Positions 7,121 through 17,532 of a stretch of DNA of 26,874 nt are shown piece by piece (position 1 is the stretch's first letter; every line of letters begins with the position of its first letter). The stretch comes from Myxococcales bacterium (GTDB lineage Bacteria; Myxococcota; Myxococcia; Myxococcales; Anaeromyxobacteraceae), in NCBI GenBank assembly GCA_038320275.1, contig JBBQEB010000036.1, positions 1-26,874 on the forward strand. Direction: 5' to 3'. Both the position numbers and the translations under genes were made by a program. The notes beneath the pieces are model-generated. The model saw only the letters and a program-made list of their open reading frames with translations. It did no database searches and was not told the origin of the DNA.

Positions 7121-8547
7121 GGGGCACCTCCCACCCGCGCGGCCGCCGCGTCGAACAGGTCGCGCAGCCCCTGCGGCAGGTGCAGGCCGAGGAGGAGCAC
7201 GATCGCGAGGAGCACCAGCGGTGGGCCGGCGCTGAGCGCTTTGTCCTCCTGGCCGGGCACGAGCGGCGCGGCGCTCGCGTCTCCCTGGACCACCTGCAAC
7301 ACCGTCGCCCCCATGGCGACGAAGATGATCGAGAGGAAGGCGAGGAAGAGGCCTCCGACGAGGAAGCGGCCACCGCCGAGCGCGCCGTTGAGGATGGTGA
7401 GCTCGCTGAAGAAGACGCTGAACGGCGGTGAGCCGGTGATCGCCAGGAAGCCGGCCAGGAAGAGCGGCCCGGAAAGCGGGAGCCTGCGGGCCGCGCCGCG
7501 CACGTCCTCCACCCGCCTCGAGCCGTAGGAGCGGTGGATGTTCCCGGCGGCGAGGAAGAGGACGCCCTTGGTGAGCGCGTTGCCCACCGTGTGGAACATG
7601 GCCCCGGACGCCGCGCGGCCGCCGAGCCCCAGCCCGAGCGCCAGGATGCCCATGTGCTCCACCGACGAGTACGCCAGCATGCGCTTGAAGTCGCGCTGGC
7701 CGATCATGAAGACGGCCGCGAGCCCCATCGAGAGCAGCCCCATCACCACGAGCGCGTCCCGTGCGAAGTCGCCCGCTCCCGCGGCCACGCAGACCTGGAC
7801 CGTGCGCGCGAGCGCCACGAAGGCGAGGCTGGTGACGCCCCCGGACAGGAGCGCGCCCAGGATCGCGGGAGCCTCGCCGTACACGTCCGGCTTCCAGGAG
7901 TGGAGCGGCGCGAGCCCCATCTTCGTGCCGTAGCCCACCAGCAGGAAGACGAAGCTGGCCCGCACCCAGGCCGGGGCGAGCGCCGGGCCGGCGCGGACGA
8001 GGTCGGCGAGAAGCAGCGAGCGCGGCCCGCCCGGCCCCGCGCCCGCCAGCGCGAGGAAGAAGGTGCCCAGGAGCGCCAGGGCAATGCCGAGGGAACAGAC
8101 GAGGAGGTACTTCCAGGTCGCCTCCAGCGAGCGGGCATTCTTGTAGAAATAAACGAGCGGTGCGGTGGACAGCGTGGTGAGCTCGATGGCCACCCAGAGC
8201 AGGCCGAGGTGTTGCGAGAGCGCCACCGTGGTGAGCGCCGAGAGCAGCACCAGGAGCCCGATCACGAAGACGCGGGTGTCGCGGCCGGCTCGTGCCGCCA
8301 GGTAGCGCTGCCCGTACACGGCGCAGGCGGTGAAGAGCACGCTGGTGGTGGAGAGGACCACCTGCGCCAAAGGATCGAGGGCGAGCCAGCCGCCGAGCTG
8401 CGGGCGCGGATGGAAGACCCACAGCGCCCCGACGCCGGCGAGGTGGAGCAGCGCGCCGGCGAGGAGCACCCGCGCGTGCCGGACCGCGTCCCCAACGAGG
8501 AGGGCGAGAGCGGCCGCCGCGAGCGGGGCGAGGACGAGGAAGTACAT
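7117..8547 (-). CDS. hyfF: Hydrogenase-4 component F-like / Ehr antiporter-like membrane subunit
   Basis: Polytopic; LWVAIELTTL, LEATWKY, GYGTKMGLAPLHSWKPDVYGEAP, KRMLAYSSVEHMG. ATG at 8547. Confidence 0.92.
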   Translation of the reverse strand: MYFLVLAPLAAAALALLVGDAVRHARVLLAGALLHLAGVGALWVFHPRPQLGGWLALDPLAQVVLSTTSVLFTACAVYGQRYLAARAGRDTRVFVIGLLVLLSALTTVALSQHLGLLWVAIELTTLSTAPLVYFYKNARSLEATWKYLLVCSLGIALALLGTFFLALAGAGPGGPRSLLLADLVRAGPALAPAWVRASFVFLLVGYGTKMGLAPLHSWKPDVYGEAPAILGALLSGGVTSLAFVALARTVQVCVAAGAGDFARDALVVMGLLSMGLAAVFMIGQRDFKRMLAYSSVEHMGILALGLGLGGRAASGAMFHTVGNALTKGVLFLAAGNIHRSYGSRRVEDVRGAARRLPLSGPLFLAGFLAITGSPPFSVFFSELTILNGALGGGRFLVGGLFLAFLSIIFVAMGATVLQVVQGDASAAPLVPGQEDKALSAGPPLVLLAIVLLLGLHLPQGLRDLFDAAAARVGGAP

Positions 8548-8549
8548 CG

Positions 8550-9197
8550 TCAATCCCGCAGCGCCGACAGCTTGCCGGTGTCGAGCGAGGAGAACTCGCG
8601 GTTGATGTGGAAGATGACGATGCCCATCACGAAGACCGCCGCCAGGAGGTCGAGCAGGACGCCCGCCTCCACCATGGCTGGCATGAAGTCGGACAGGAGC
8701 AGCCCGAACACGAACACCCCGTTCTCCAGCACCAGGAATCCGATCACCTGCGCCACCGCCTTGCGGCGCGACACCACCAGCAAGAGCCCGGTCCAGACCG
8801 TGGAGAGCGCGGCCGGCACGAGCAGCGGGTGCTGCTCCGGGACCGGGAGCGGCATGCCGCCCGCGTACGCGAAGGCGAGGGCGACGCCCAGCCCGCCCAG
8901 CACGAGCGACGGGAGGAAGCCCACGATGGGATCGACCTCGCGCCGGATCGAGGCCTCGCGCATGGCCCAGGTGAGGAGCAGCGGGATGAGGAACGCCTTG
9001 ACGCCCAGCGCCCCCACCGAGAGCAGGATGACGTGGACGGGGTGCGCCTCGCTGCGCGCGAGCAGGAGCGCGAGCGCGCTGAGCAGCACGCCCTGCGCGC
9101 CGGTGGCGCGGATGACCGCCTTGAGCCGGCTGGAGGCGAGGAGAAAGAAGTCGCTCACGACGAGCAGGATGAAGGCGAGGTCGGTCCAGGCGGTCAT
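8550..9197 (-). CDS. hyfE: Hydrogenase-4 membrane component E-like / Ehr subunit
   Basis: 215-aa hydrophobic protein with QVIGFLVLENGVF and VEAGVLLDL; position in the operon. Confidence 0.9.
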   Translation of the reverse strand: MTAWTDLAFILLVVSDFFLLASSRLKAVIRATGAQGVLLSALALLLARSEAHPVHVILLSVGALGVKAFLIPLLLTWAMREASIRREVDPIVGFLPSLVLGGLGVALAFAYAGGMPLPVPEQHPLLVPAALSTVWTGLLLVVSRRKAVAQVIGFLVLENGVFVFGLLLSDFMPAMVEAGVLLDLLAAVFVMGIVIFHINREFSSLDTGKLSALRD

Positions 9198-9201
9198 CGA
9201 T

Positions 9202-10113
9202 TCACCGGAGGAGCAGGACGAGGCCGAAGGCGGACAGGACCGAGGCGCCGACGAGGAGCTGCGGCACGCGCGAGAGCCGCAGGCGCGCCATGACCGACTC
9301 CACCACGCCCACCACGATGGCGAAGCCGACGAGTGACAGGAGGAAGAGGGCCGTGCCCGCGAGCCCCGTCCGCGCAGTGCCCACCACCACCCTCGCGACC
9401 AGCGAACCGAAGAGGAGGAGCTTCAGCGCGGCGCCATAGAGGATGAGCGCGAGGTCGGGGCCAGAGTGGTCGAGCACCATCACCTCGTGGATCATCGTCA
9501 GCTCGAGGTGGGTGGTGGGGTCGTCCACCGGGATGCGCGCGTTCTCCGCCAGCGCGACGACGAAGAGCGCGAGCGCAGCGATGAGCAGCGCCGGGGTGAA
9601 GCGTGCCCAGGCCTCCGGCAGGGCCGGGCCGAGCATGCCGGAGAGGGAGAGGGCGCGGGTGGCGCGGGCCACGGTGAGGAGGCCGAGGAAGAGCGCCGGC
9701 TCGGCCAGGCTCGAGAAGGTCACCTCGCGGGCCGCGCCCATCCCCTCGAATGCGGACCCGGTGTCGAGCGCGGCGAGCACCGTGGCAAAGCGGGCCAATG
9801 CGAGGAGGTAGGCGAAGAGGACCAGATCTCCGCCGAAGGGGAAGAGCGCCGTGGCGCCGCCGAATGGCACCAGCGTGGCGGCGGCCAGGGTGGCCGCGAG
9901 CCCGACCGCCGGCCCGGCCCGGAACACCCAGGTGGTGGTGCGGCTCGTCACCGAGCCCTTCCGCAGGAGCCGCGCCAGGTCGGAGTAGAGCTGGACCAGC
10001 GGCGGACCGGTCCGGCCCGCGGCGAGCGCCTTCACCCGGTTCACGAGCCCCGGGAGGAGCGGCGCGAGGACCAGCGCCAGCGCGAGGTGGAGGACTGCGG
10101 TCGCGACGGTCAT
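9202..10113 (-). CDS. hyfC: HyfC/HycD (NuoH-like) membrane subunit of Ehr complex
   Basis: ATG 10113 (MTVATAVLHL); GRTGPPLVQLYSDLARLLRK, LDTGSAFEGMGAARE, AENARIPVDDPTTHLELTMIHEVM. Confidence 0.92.
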   Translation of the reverse strand: MTVATAVLHLALALVLAPLLPGLVNRVKALAAGRTGPPLVQLYSDLARLLRKGSVTSRTTTWVFRAGPAVGLAATLAAATLVPFGGATALFPFGGDLVLFAYLLALARFATVLAALDTGSAFEGMGAAREVTFSSLAEPALFLGLLTVARATRALSLSGMLGPALPEAWARFTPALLIAALALFVVALAENARIPVDDPTTHLELTMIHEVMVLDHSGPDLALILYGAALKLLLFGSLVARVVVGTARTGLAGTALFLLSLVGFAIVVGVVESVMARLRLSRVPQLLVGASVLSAFGLVLLLR

Positions 10114-12110
10114 GAGCGCAGCGCCAGGGCGAGGATGAGCGCGAGCAGGGTCGCCACGGTGTAGAGGAGCTGGAGATTGAGCCGGTCGGCCTGGTAGCGG
10201 CGCAGGCGGGCCGCGCGGACCGCCACGATGCGGAAGAGCGGGTCGAAGAGGTGCGTCCGGGCCGGGTCGCGCTCCTCGAAGCGCGCCGAGGCCGAGGGCG
10301 GAAAGAGCCCGCGCGGAGGGGTGATGCGCCCGCGCGGCGAGAGGGCGCGCGGGGCGAGCGCCTCGAGGAAGAGCTGCGCGAAGGAGCGGGCGGTGTACTG
10401 CATCCGGGCGGTAGGGCGGGCGTAGCCGCAAGCCCAGGTCCCGGAGATCGCCGATCCCTGCAGGGCGCGCCGCCTGCGCGAATGGAGCGCGAGGACGATG
10501 CCGCCCACCACCAGCATGGCCAACACCCAGCGCATGGGCCCCGAGAGCGCGGACAGCACCGGCGAGAGCTCCGCCGACAGGAGGCTCGGCGAAAGGCCGC
10601 TGGCCTGGGCGATGGCACCGCTCGCGAGGCGGAGCGCAGCGGCCGGAAAGGAGCCCAGGAGGACGCAGGCTGCCGCGAGCACGGCCATGGGAGCCCACAG
10701 TCCCGCCGAGGGCTCGCGAGCCGCGGTGGCACCCGGGCCGCGCGGCTCCCCCAGCAGCGCCAGGCCGCCGATGCGGGTGAAGGCGATGGCGGCGACGCCG
10801 CCGGCGAAGGCGAGGGCGGCCAGCGCCAGCCAGGCGAGGAGGGCTGTGCCGCCCGTGGCGTCGACGCCGGAGCGCAGGAGCGCGCCGTACAGGAGCCACT
10901 CCGAGGCGAAGCTCCCCAGCGGAGGGAGCGCCGACAGCGCAGCCAGGCCGACGAGGAGGAGACCCGCCGTGCGCGGGAGCCGCGAGAGGAGCCCGCCCAT
11001 GCCCTCGAGGTCGCGCCCGTGCGCCGCGTGCGCGACGGCGCCGGCCCCGAGGAACCCCAGCCCTTTCATGGCGGCGTGGTTCCACACGTGGAGGAGCGCT
11101 CCCGCCCAGGCCAGCGCGGCGACGGCGGTGGCGCCCCGCGCGGACGCGGCCACGCCCGTCCCCGCCGCGAGGGCGATGATGCCCACGTTCTCCACGCTGG
11201 AGTAGGCCAGGGCGCGCTTGATGTCCCGCGCCCCGAGCGCGAGCGTGATCGCGGCGACGGCGCCGGCGGCCCCGATCCCGGCGAGCAGGAGGCCGTGCCA
11301 GGCGGGCGCGGGAGGGAGCCAGGAGAGCGTCCGGAAGATCCCGTACAGCCCGGCCTTGGTCATCACTCCAGAGAGGAGCGCCGACACGTGGCTGGGCGCG
11401 GCGGGGTGGGCCTCCGGGAGCCAGACGTGCAGCGGCACCAGGCCCGCCTTGCTCCCGAACCCCACCAGGGCAAGCGCGAAGAGGAGCGCGGCGGGGACGG
11501 CCGGGGCGGCGCGGGCGGCCGCGTAGGCGTCGAAGCCGAACGAGCCGGCGCCGCGCGCGAGGAGGATGAAGAGCGCGAAGAGGAAGGCCGTCCCGAGGTG
11601 CGAGGCCGCGAGGTACACGAAGCCGGCGCTCCGCACCTCCTCCCGCTCGTGCTCGAAGGTCACGAGCAGGAACGAGGCGACTGCCATCACCTCCCACGCG
11701 ACGAGGAAGAGCACCGCCTGCCGCGCCGAGAACACGAGCGCCATGGCGGCGAGCAACACGTTCTGGAAGCACAGGAAGGTGGGAAGCCCGCGCCGGCCCA
11801 GGTGCGGCCGCAGGTAGGTGCCTCCAAAAGCGACGGCGGGGAGGGCGAGCCCGAACAGCGCCACCTCGAAGAACGCCGAGAGCGGGTCGAGCCCCACCGT
11901 CAGCTCCGCCAGCGGCGCGCTCCAGGGCAGGGAGATCGTCCCTGCCCCGCCCTGGACGAGGGCGCTCACGGCGGAGGCGAGCCCGAGCGCGCTTCCCAGG
12001 AGTCCCGCTCCGGTCCCCGTGGCGAGGGCGACGGATGGCCAGCGGGAGAGGGCGAGCGGGAGGGCGGCGCCGGCGAGGAGCACCGCGACCGCGGCGAGGT
12101 GGAGCGCCAT
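10110..12110 (-). CDS. hyfB: HyfB-like (NuoL/MrpA-type) proton-translocating subunit of Ehr complex
   Basis: ATG 12110 (MALHLAAVAV); FLVAWEVM, GFGSKAGLVPLHVWLPEAHPAAPSHVSALLSG, KRALAYSSVENVG, TWACGY...RMQYTARSF. Confidence 0.92.
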   Translation of the reverse strand: MALHLAAVAVLLAGAALPLALSRWPSVALATGTGAGLLGSALGLASAVSALVQGGAGTISLPWSAPLAELTVGLDPLSAFFEVALFGLALPAVAFGGTYLRPHLGRRGLPTFLCFQNVLLAAMALVFSARQAVLFLVAWEVMAVASFLLVTFEHEREEVRSAGFVYLAASHLGTAFLFALFILLARGAGSFGFDAYAAARAAPAVPAALLFALALVGFGSKAGLVPLHVWLPEAHPAAPSHVSALLSGVMTKAGLYGIFRTLSWLPPAPAWHGLLLAGIGAAGAVAAITLALGARDIKRALAYSSVENVGIIALAAGTGVAASARGATAVAALAWAGALLHVWNHAAMKGLGFLGAGAVAHAAHGRDLEGMGGLLSRLPRTAGLLLVGLAALSALPPLGSFASEWLLYGALLRSGVDATGGTALLAWLALAALAFAGGVAAIAFTRIGGLALLGEPRGPGATAAREPSAGLWAPMAVLAAACVLLGSFPAAALRLASGAIAQASGLSPSLLSAELSPVLSALSGPMRWVLAMLVVGGIVLALHSRRRRALQGSAISGTWACGYARPTARMQYTARSFAQLFLEALAPRALSPRGRITPPRGLFPPSASARFEERDPARTHLFDPLFRIVAVRAARLRRYQADRLNLQLLYTVATLLALILALALRS

Positions 12111-12120
12111 GGGCTGTTCT

Positions 12121-13671
12121 CTACACGACGCGCAGCGCGCCGCGCCCGTTCGCCCTCGGCTCCAGCGGCTCGTCGTCGGAGCGGCGGGAGCGCCGCGCGA
12201 CCCCGGGCCCTGCCAGGGCCTCGCCCGGCGCGGCCTCGGCGACGAGGCGAAGCGCGCCCTCGACGGCATCGCCCAGGGCCCGCAGCTCGGGCCTTCCAGG
12301 CGGGCCGAAGTCGCCCTGCAGCACGCGCCCGATCTCGAGCCCGATCCGCAGCCGGAGCCGGGGTGGCTCGCGCGTCGCCTCCAGCTCCGCCGCGCGCTCG
12401 AGCATGGAGCGGGCGCATCGCAGCGCGCGCGCCCCGCCATCGGGGCGAGAGACGGGGGCGCCGAGCACCGCCAGGAGGCCGCCATCGAGCCGCGCCTCGA
12501 CGGTCCCGTTCTCCGCCCAGGCGATCGCCGCCAGCGCCGCCTGTACCGCCACGACGCGCTCCCCCACCTCCGCGGGCGGGCGAGCGGTGGCGAGCGCGTC
12601 CACGCCTTCCAGCGCCGCTGCCAGCACCGTCGCGTCCTCCCGGACGACCGGCTCGAGCGCGCGCTGCCCGTCCTCTCCCTCCAGGAGCGGCCCCGCGGCG
12701 TCGGGCGGAAGGTGGCGCAGGAGGCGTGCGCGCAGCTCGCCCGCGGGGGACGGCGCCGCGCCGCGCCGCGCGCGCTCGACCGCCAGCGCCGCGTGGAACC
12801 CGACGAGGGTCGCCACGTCGAGGTCCTCGGCGGTGAAGGGCTCGCCGCGCAGACGCTCGAGCACGAGCACGCCCAGGATGCGATTGTCGGCCCAGATGGG
12901 CGCACAGATGGAGGAGCGGATGCCCGCCCCGGCGCCTCTCGCCGGCAGGTCCGCGCCGTGCGGGTCGAGGACGAGAATCCCCGCGCGGCTGCGCAGGGTG
13001 GCCTGCACGACGGTGGCGTCAGGCCGGGCAGGCGCGTCCGCGGGCTCGGAGAGCACGGGGGCGGGCTCGCCATCCTCTCCGATGAGGAGCGCGCTCGATC
13101 GGTGCGCCGCGAGCGCCGCCGAGAGCACGACCAAGATCTGCCGGAGGGATTCCTCCGGGGAGGAGGCCGAGGCGAGGGCGCGCGCCAGCTCGTTGAGGAC
13201 GCCGATGTGGCGCCGCGCCGTCCCCATCGCCTCGTCGGGCCCGCGCAGCGTGTCCCTTCCGGCCCGCTCCTGCCGCTCGCCCGCGGCTGGAGCCCGCCGG
13301 CCCGAGGTGTCGCTCGACAGGTCCGCAATGTAGCGAACGACGGTGCGCTGCCCGGAGAGGACACCGCTGGGCTCGCTCGCCTGGGACTCGGCGCGGAGCT
13401 CCGCGAGCGTGCGGCCGAAGCGCAGCCTCGCGCCGGGCTCCACCGGCGACTCGTGGACCCGCTCCTCGTTGACGAAGGTGCCGTTGCGGCTGTCGAGATC
13501 GACGACCCAGAGCTCCTCGCCGCGCCGCTCGAAGAGCGCGTGCATGCTGGAGACCCAGCCGTCGGAGATCTGGAGGTGGCACTCCGGGGAACGGCCCAGC
13601 ACCGTAGGCACGTCCGGGAGGGCGTAGACGGTTCCGCCGCACGTTCCGTTCACGACGAAGAGCTCGGCCAC
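12121..13671 (-). CDS. FHA-GAF-class III adenylate/guanylate cyclase-like protein (cyclase catalytic residues degenerate)
   Basis: GTG 13671 with GAGGT SD; FHA LGRSPEC...VSSMHA...DLDSRNGTFVN; GAF IRSSICAPI...PFTAEDL; cyclase-fold remnants LAVLGAP, LRIGLEIG, LGDAVEGALRL. Confidence 0.85.
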   Translation of the reverse strand: MAELFVVNGTCGGTVYALPDVPTVLGRSPECHLQISDGWVSSMHALFERRGEELWVVDLDSRNGTFVNEERVHESPVEPGARLRFGRTLAELRAESQASEPSGVLSGQRTVVRYIADLSSDTSGRRAPAAGERQERAGRDTLRGPDEAMGTARRHIGVLNELARALASASSPEESLRQILVVLSAALAAHRSSALLIGEDGEPAPVLSEPADAPARPDATVVQATLRSRAGILVLDPHGADLPARGAGAGIRSSICAPIWADNRILGVLVLERLRGEPFTAEDLDVATLVGFHAALAVERARRGAAPSPAGELRARLLRHLPPDAAGPLLEGEDGQRALEPVVREDATVLAAALEGVDALATARPPAEVGERVVAVQAALAAIAWAENGTVEARLDGGLLAVLGAPVSRPDGGARALRCARSMLERAAELEATREPPRLRLRIGLEIGRVLQGDFGPPGRPELRALGDAVEGALRLVAEAAPGEALAGPGVARRSRRSDDEPLEPRANGRGALRVV

Positions 13672-13745
13672 CGGACCTCGATGATCCGCGGCCGGGAGCC
13701 CCGCCGCCGGATCGCGTTCCAACCTTTTAGGAGGCTGTTCAACCC

Positions 13746-13757
13746 GATGATAGCTTA
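13746..13757. promoter_or_regulatory. Putative overlapping divergent -10 elements
   Basis: AT-richer patch in the 110-bp divergent gap: TGaTAGCTT (extended -10-like, + strand) overlaps TATCAT (- strand). Confidence 0.3.
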
Positions 13758-13781
13758 ACCCCGCCCCTCGGCGATCCAAAG

Positions 13782-15161
13782 ATGCCAATCTTTCCGCCCC
13801 TCCCAGATTCGCGCCCGGACGCAGAGGCGCGGCCTTCCGGCGCCGGGCCACAGGTCCCTGCGGAAGACAGGCTCGTCGGCACCGTCCTGGGCGAGCGTTA
13901 CCGCATCCTGGGGAAGCTCGGCGAGGGAGGGATGGGGGCCGTCTACCGCGCGGAGCACCTCGGCCTGCGAAAGCGGGTGGCGGTGAAGGTGCTCCGCCCC
14001 GAGCTGTCGCGCGACGAGGACCTGGCGCGGCGCTTCCGGCTGGAGGCGGTCGCGGCGAGCCGCATCGGCCAGGAGAACATCATCGACGTGACCGACCTCG
14101 GCCACACGCCCGACGGCGCGCTCTTCTTCGTGATGGAGGAGCTGGAGGGGCGGAGCCTCGCCGCGCTCATCTCCGAGACAGGGGCGTTCCCGCTCCAGCG
14201 CGCCCTTCCCATCCTGGCCCAGCTCTGCCGCGCGCTCGCCGCCGCGCACGCGCAGGGCGTCGTGCATCGCGACCTCAAGCCCGACAACGTGGTCGTGGTC
14301 CGGCGCGACGACGGCGCCGACTTCGTGAAGGTGGTCGACTTCGGGATCTCGCAGGTCGAAGCCCGCTCGTGCGAGGTACGCGCGGCGCGGCCCGGCCCGG
14401 TCTTCGGGACGCCCGAGTACATGTCCCCGGAGCAGGGCGCTGGGACCCCCATCGATCACCGCGCGGACATCTACGCCTTCGGGGTGCTCGCGTACGAGCT
14501 GGTGACGGGAGCACTGCCGTTCGACGGCGGCACGGCCGCGGCGACGATGCTGCAGCACCAGACGCGCGCGCCCGAGCCTCCTCGTGCTCGCCGGCGGGAC
14601 CTTCCTCGCGGACTGGAGGAGCTCATCCTGAAAGCCCTCGCCAAGAGCCCGGCGGCGCGCCAGCAGAGCATGGGCGAGGTCGCGGCGAGCCTCACCGGCG
14701 TGCTGGCGCTGCGCGGCCTGCCGCCCGTGTACGGGGCCGCGAGCGCGACCCTGCATGCCGGGAGGCTGGGGACGAGCGGGCGCGCGCTCACCCTCGACCT
14801 CGGGGCACGCCTGGAGGAGAGGCCACGCACCACGCGCGCGCAGGGGTTGCCGAGCCCGCGCCGGTTGCGCGGGCTTCGGCGGGTCGCTGCCATCCTGGGC
14901 GCAGCCTGCCTCGCTGCCCTGGTCTCGGGCTCCGCGCTTCGGGGAGCCCGCAACGCCCAGGGGGGCAGGTGGATCGCGAGTGCTGCGCCCCCCGGGGCGG
15001 CAGGGCCTCAGCCGTTCACCGCGAGCCACCCCTCGTCGTCACCTGGCGGCAGGCTCGTGAAGGAACGGGCTCCCTCGCAGCGAGCGAAGGAGCCCCGGCC
15101 CCGCCAGACGGGGCTGCTCAGACGGCCGCGCGCCGCCCACCCATCGTCTTCATGGCGATGA
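13782..15161 (+). CDS. Hanks-type Ser/Thr protein kinase (Pkn) with C-terminal TM segment
   Basis: LGEGGMGAVY, VAVKVL, alphaC Glu (RFRLEA), HRDLKPDN, VDFG, GTPEYMSPEQ, DIYAFG; hydrophobic VAAILGAACLAALVSG near the C-terminus. Confidence 0.92.
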   Translation: MPIFPPLPDSRPDAEARPSGAGPQVPAEDRLVGTVLGERYRILGKLGEGGMGAVYRAEHLGLRKRVAVKVLRPELSRDEDLARRFRLEAVAASRIGQENIIDVTDLGHTPDGALFFVMEELEGRSLAALISETGAFPLQRALPILAQLCRALAAAHAQGVVHRDLKPDNVVVVRRDDGADFVKVVDFGISQVEARSCEVRAARPGPVFGTPEYMSPEQGAGTPIDHRADIYAFGVLAYELVTGALPFDGGTAAATMLQHQTRAPEPPRARRRDLPRGLEELILKALAKSPAARQQSMGEVAASLTGVLALRGLPPVYGAASATLHAGRLGTSGRALTLDLGARLEERPRTTRAQGLPSPRRLRGLRRVAAILGAACLAALVSGSALRGARNAQGGRWIASAAPPGAAGPQPFTASHPSSSPGGRLVKERAPSQRAKEPRPRQTGLLRRPRAAHPSSSWR

Positions 15162-15384
15162 GGAGCACCACCACCGCCCCGATGAGGCTCCCCAGGAACC
15201 CGGCGCCGTGCAGGCCTCCGACTTCCTGATGAAACAGGGCCGAGGACACCAGCCCTCCGATGACCGAGCCGACCATACCCAGGACGGCGGTCATGATGAG
15301 CCCCATCGACTGCTTGCCCGGAACGATGGCCCGCGCGATCAGGCCGATGATGAAGCCGAAGACGATGAATCCGATGATGCCCAT
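15118..15384 (-). CDS. GlsB/YeaQ/YmgE family stress-response (transglycosylase-associated) membrane protein
   Basis: 88 aa; GFIIGLIARAIVPG...LGMVGSVIGG...GSLIGAVVVL; strong SD GGAGGG. Confidence 0.9.
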   Translation of the reverse strand: MGIIGFIVFGFIIGLIARAIVPGKQSMGLIMTAVLGMVGSVIGGLVSSALFHQEVGGLHGAGFLGSLIGAVVVLLIAMKTMGGRRAAV

Positions 15385-15481
15385 GTGGTGAACCCTCCCT
15401 TGCTTCGAAGTTGTGGACGTCCCGTAGCGTTGGCCTGCTTGGCCGCTCGCAGGCCGGGCGCGGGCACCCGCACCTCCGCCC

Positions 15482-16464
<983 letters not shown>

Positions 16465-16468
<4 letters not shown>

Positions 16469-17532
16469 GGCGTCCCCTCCTTGGCGTCTTCCGGCTCCGG
16501 CAGGTCCAGCTCGGACTTCGTGAGCTCCCGCATCAGCACCGTCGCGTAGGAGCCCTTGGGAAGCTCGAAGCTCGCCAGGTAACCGCCTTCCACCCCGGTG
16601 AGCTCGACCGCCACCGGCAGCCGCGCCGCGCGCCGCGTCCCCTCGGTCTCGCCGCCGCCGCGCACGAGGTCGGTCGAGCGCACGCCCTCCGCGAGCAGGA
16701 TCCGCTCCTCCCGCAGGAGCGCCTCGCCCGAGGCCGGCCGAAGCTTGTGGCCGAACATCGGCCCGGCCGGCGACAGCTCGAACGCGGCCACGCGCGGGCC
16801 GTCCGCCACCGGTTCCTCACAAGTGAACACGCCGCCCGACGCGAGCTTCTTCATCACGTCGCCCTGCAGCGCGCTCGCGAAGAGCCCGTCGCGCATGCGC
16901 TCCCCGAGCCAGGCGTTGAACGCGCGCGCCTGCCAGGCGGAGAGCACGAGCCGGCGGAGGAAGCGGTCGCGGGCAGCGCGGCGCACTTCTGGCCGGGTGA
17001 GCTCGCCCATGAGCAGAGCGCGGCCCACCTCGGCGTTGTCCCCGGAGGCGCCGAATCGCTGCGCCCCGAAGAAGTTGGGGAGCCCGCGCGAGCGGAGCGC
17101 CTCCGCGCAAGCCTTCGCAGCGGACAGCTCACCGCCGCGCACCACGACGGAGAAGCGGTTGCCGCGCAGGTGCCCGGCCCGGAGCTTGTTGGCGTGGCGC
17201 GAGACCTCGAGCACGCGGAGGCCCTCCGCCTCCAGCTCCGCCGCGTCCGGGGTCCGAGCCGCGGGAAAGGAGAGCCACTGCGAGGTCACGGCTTCCCGGT
17301 CCTTGAGCCCGGCGGCGCCTGCGTCCCGCTCCGGAACGCCCAGCGCCCGGGCGAGGTGCTGCACCACATCGCGGGTGGTGCGCCCGCGCTTCTCCACCCG
17401 CAGCCACAGGTGGGGGCCCGAACCTTGCGGGAGGTAGGCGGGCAGCTCGTCGACGCGGAAGTCTTCCGGCGAGGCCTTCACCTGGCCCCCCGAGCCGGGG
17501 ATGCCGGCGGTCGCCAGCGGGAGCTCCGTCAT
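16465..17532 (-). CDS. truD: tRNA pseudouridine(13) synthase TruD
   Basis: ATG 17532; [21 protein letters not shown] (catalytic Asp), [34 protein letters not shown]. Confidence 0.95.

Noticed and set aside
5606..13364. ORF-track giants (938, 856, 1084 aa) suggesting fused subunits or frameshifts
   Set aside because: The N-terminal extensions are off-frame read-through of neighbouring genes; true starts sit at stop/start overlaps.
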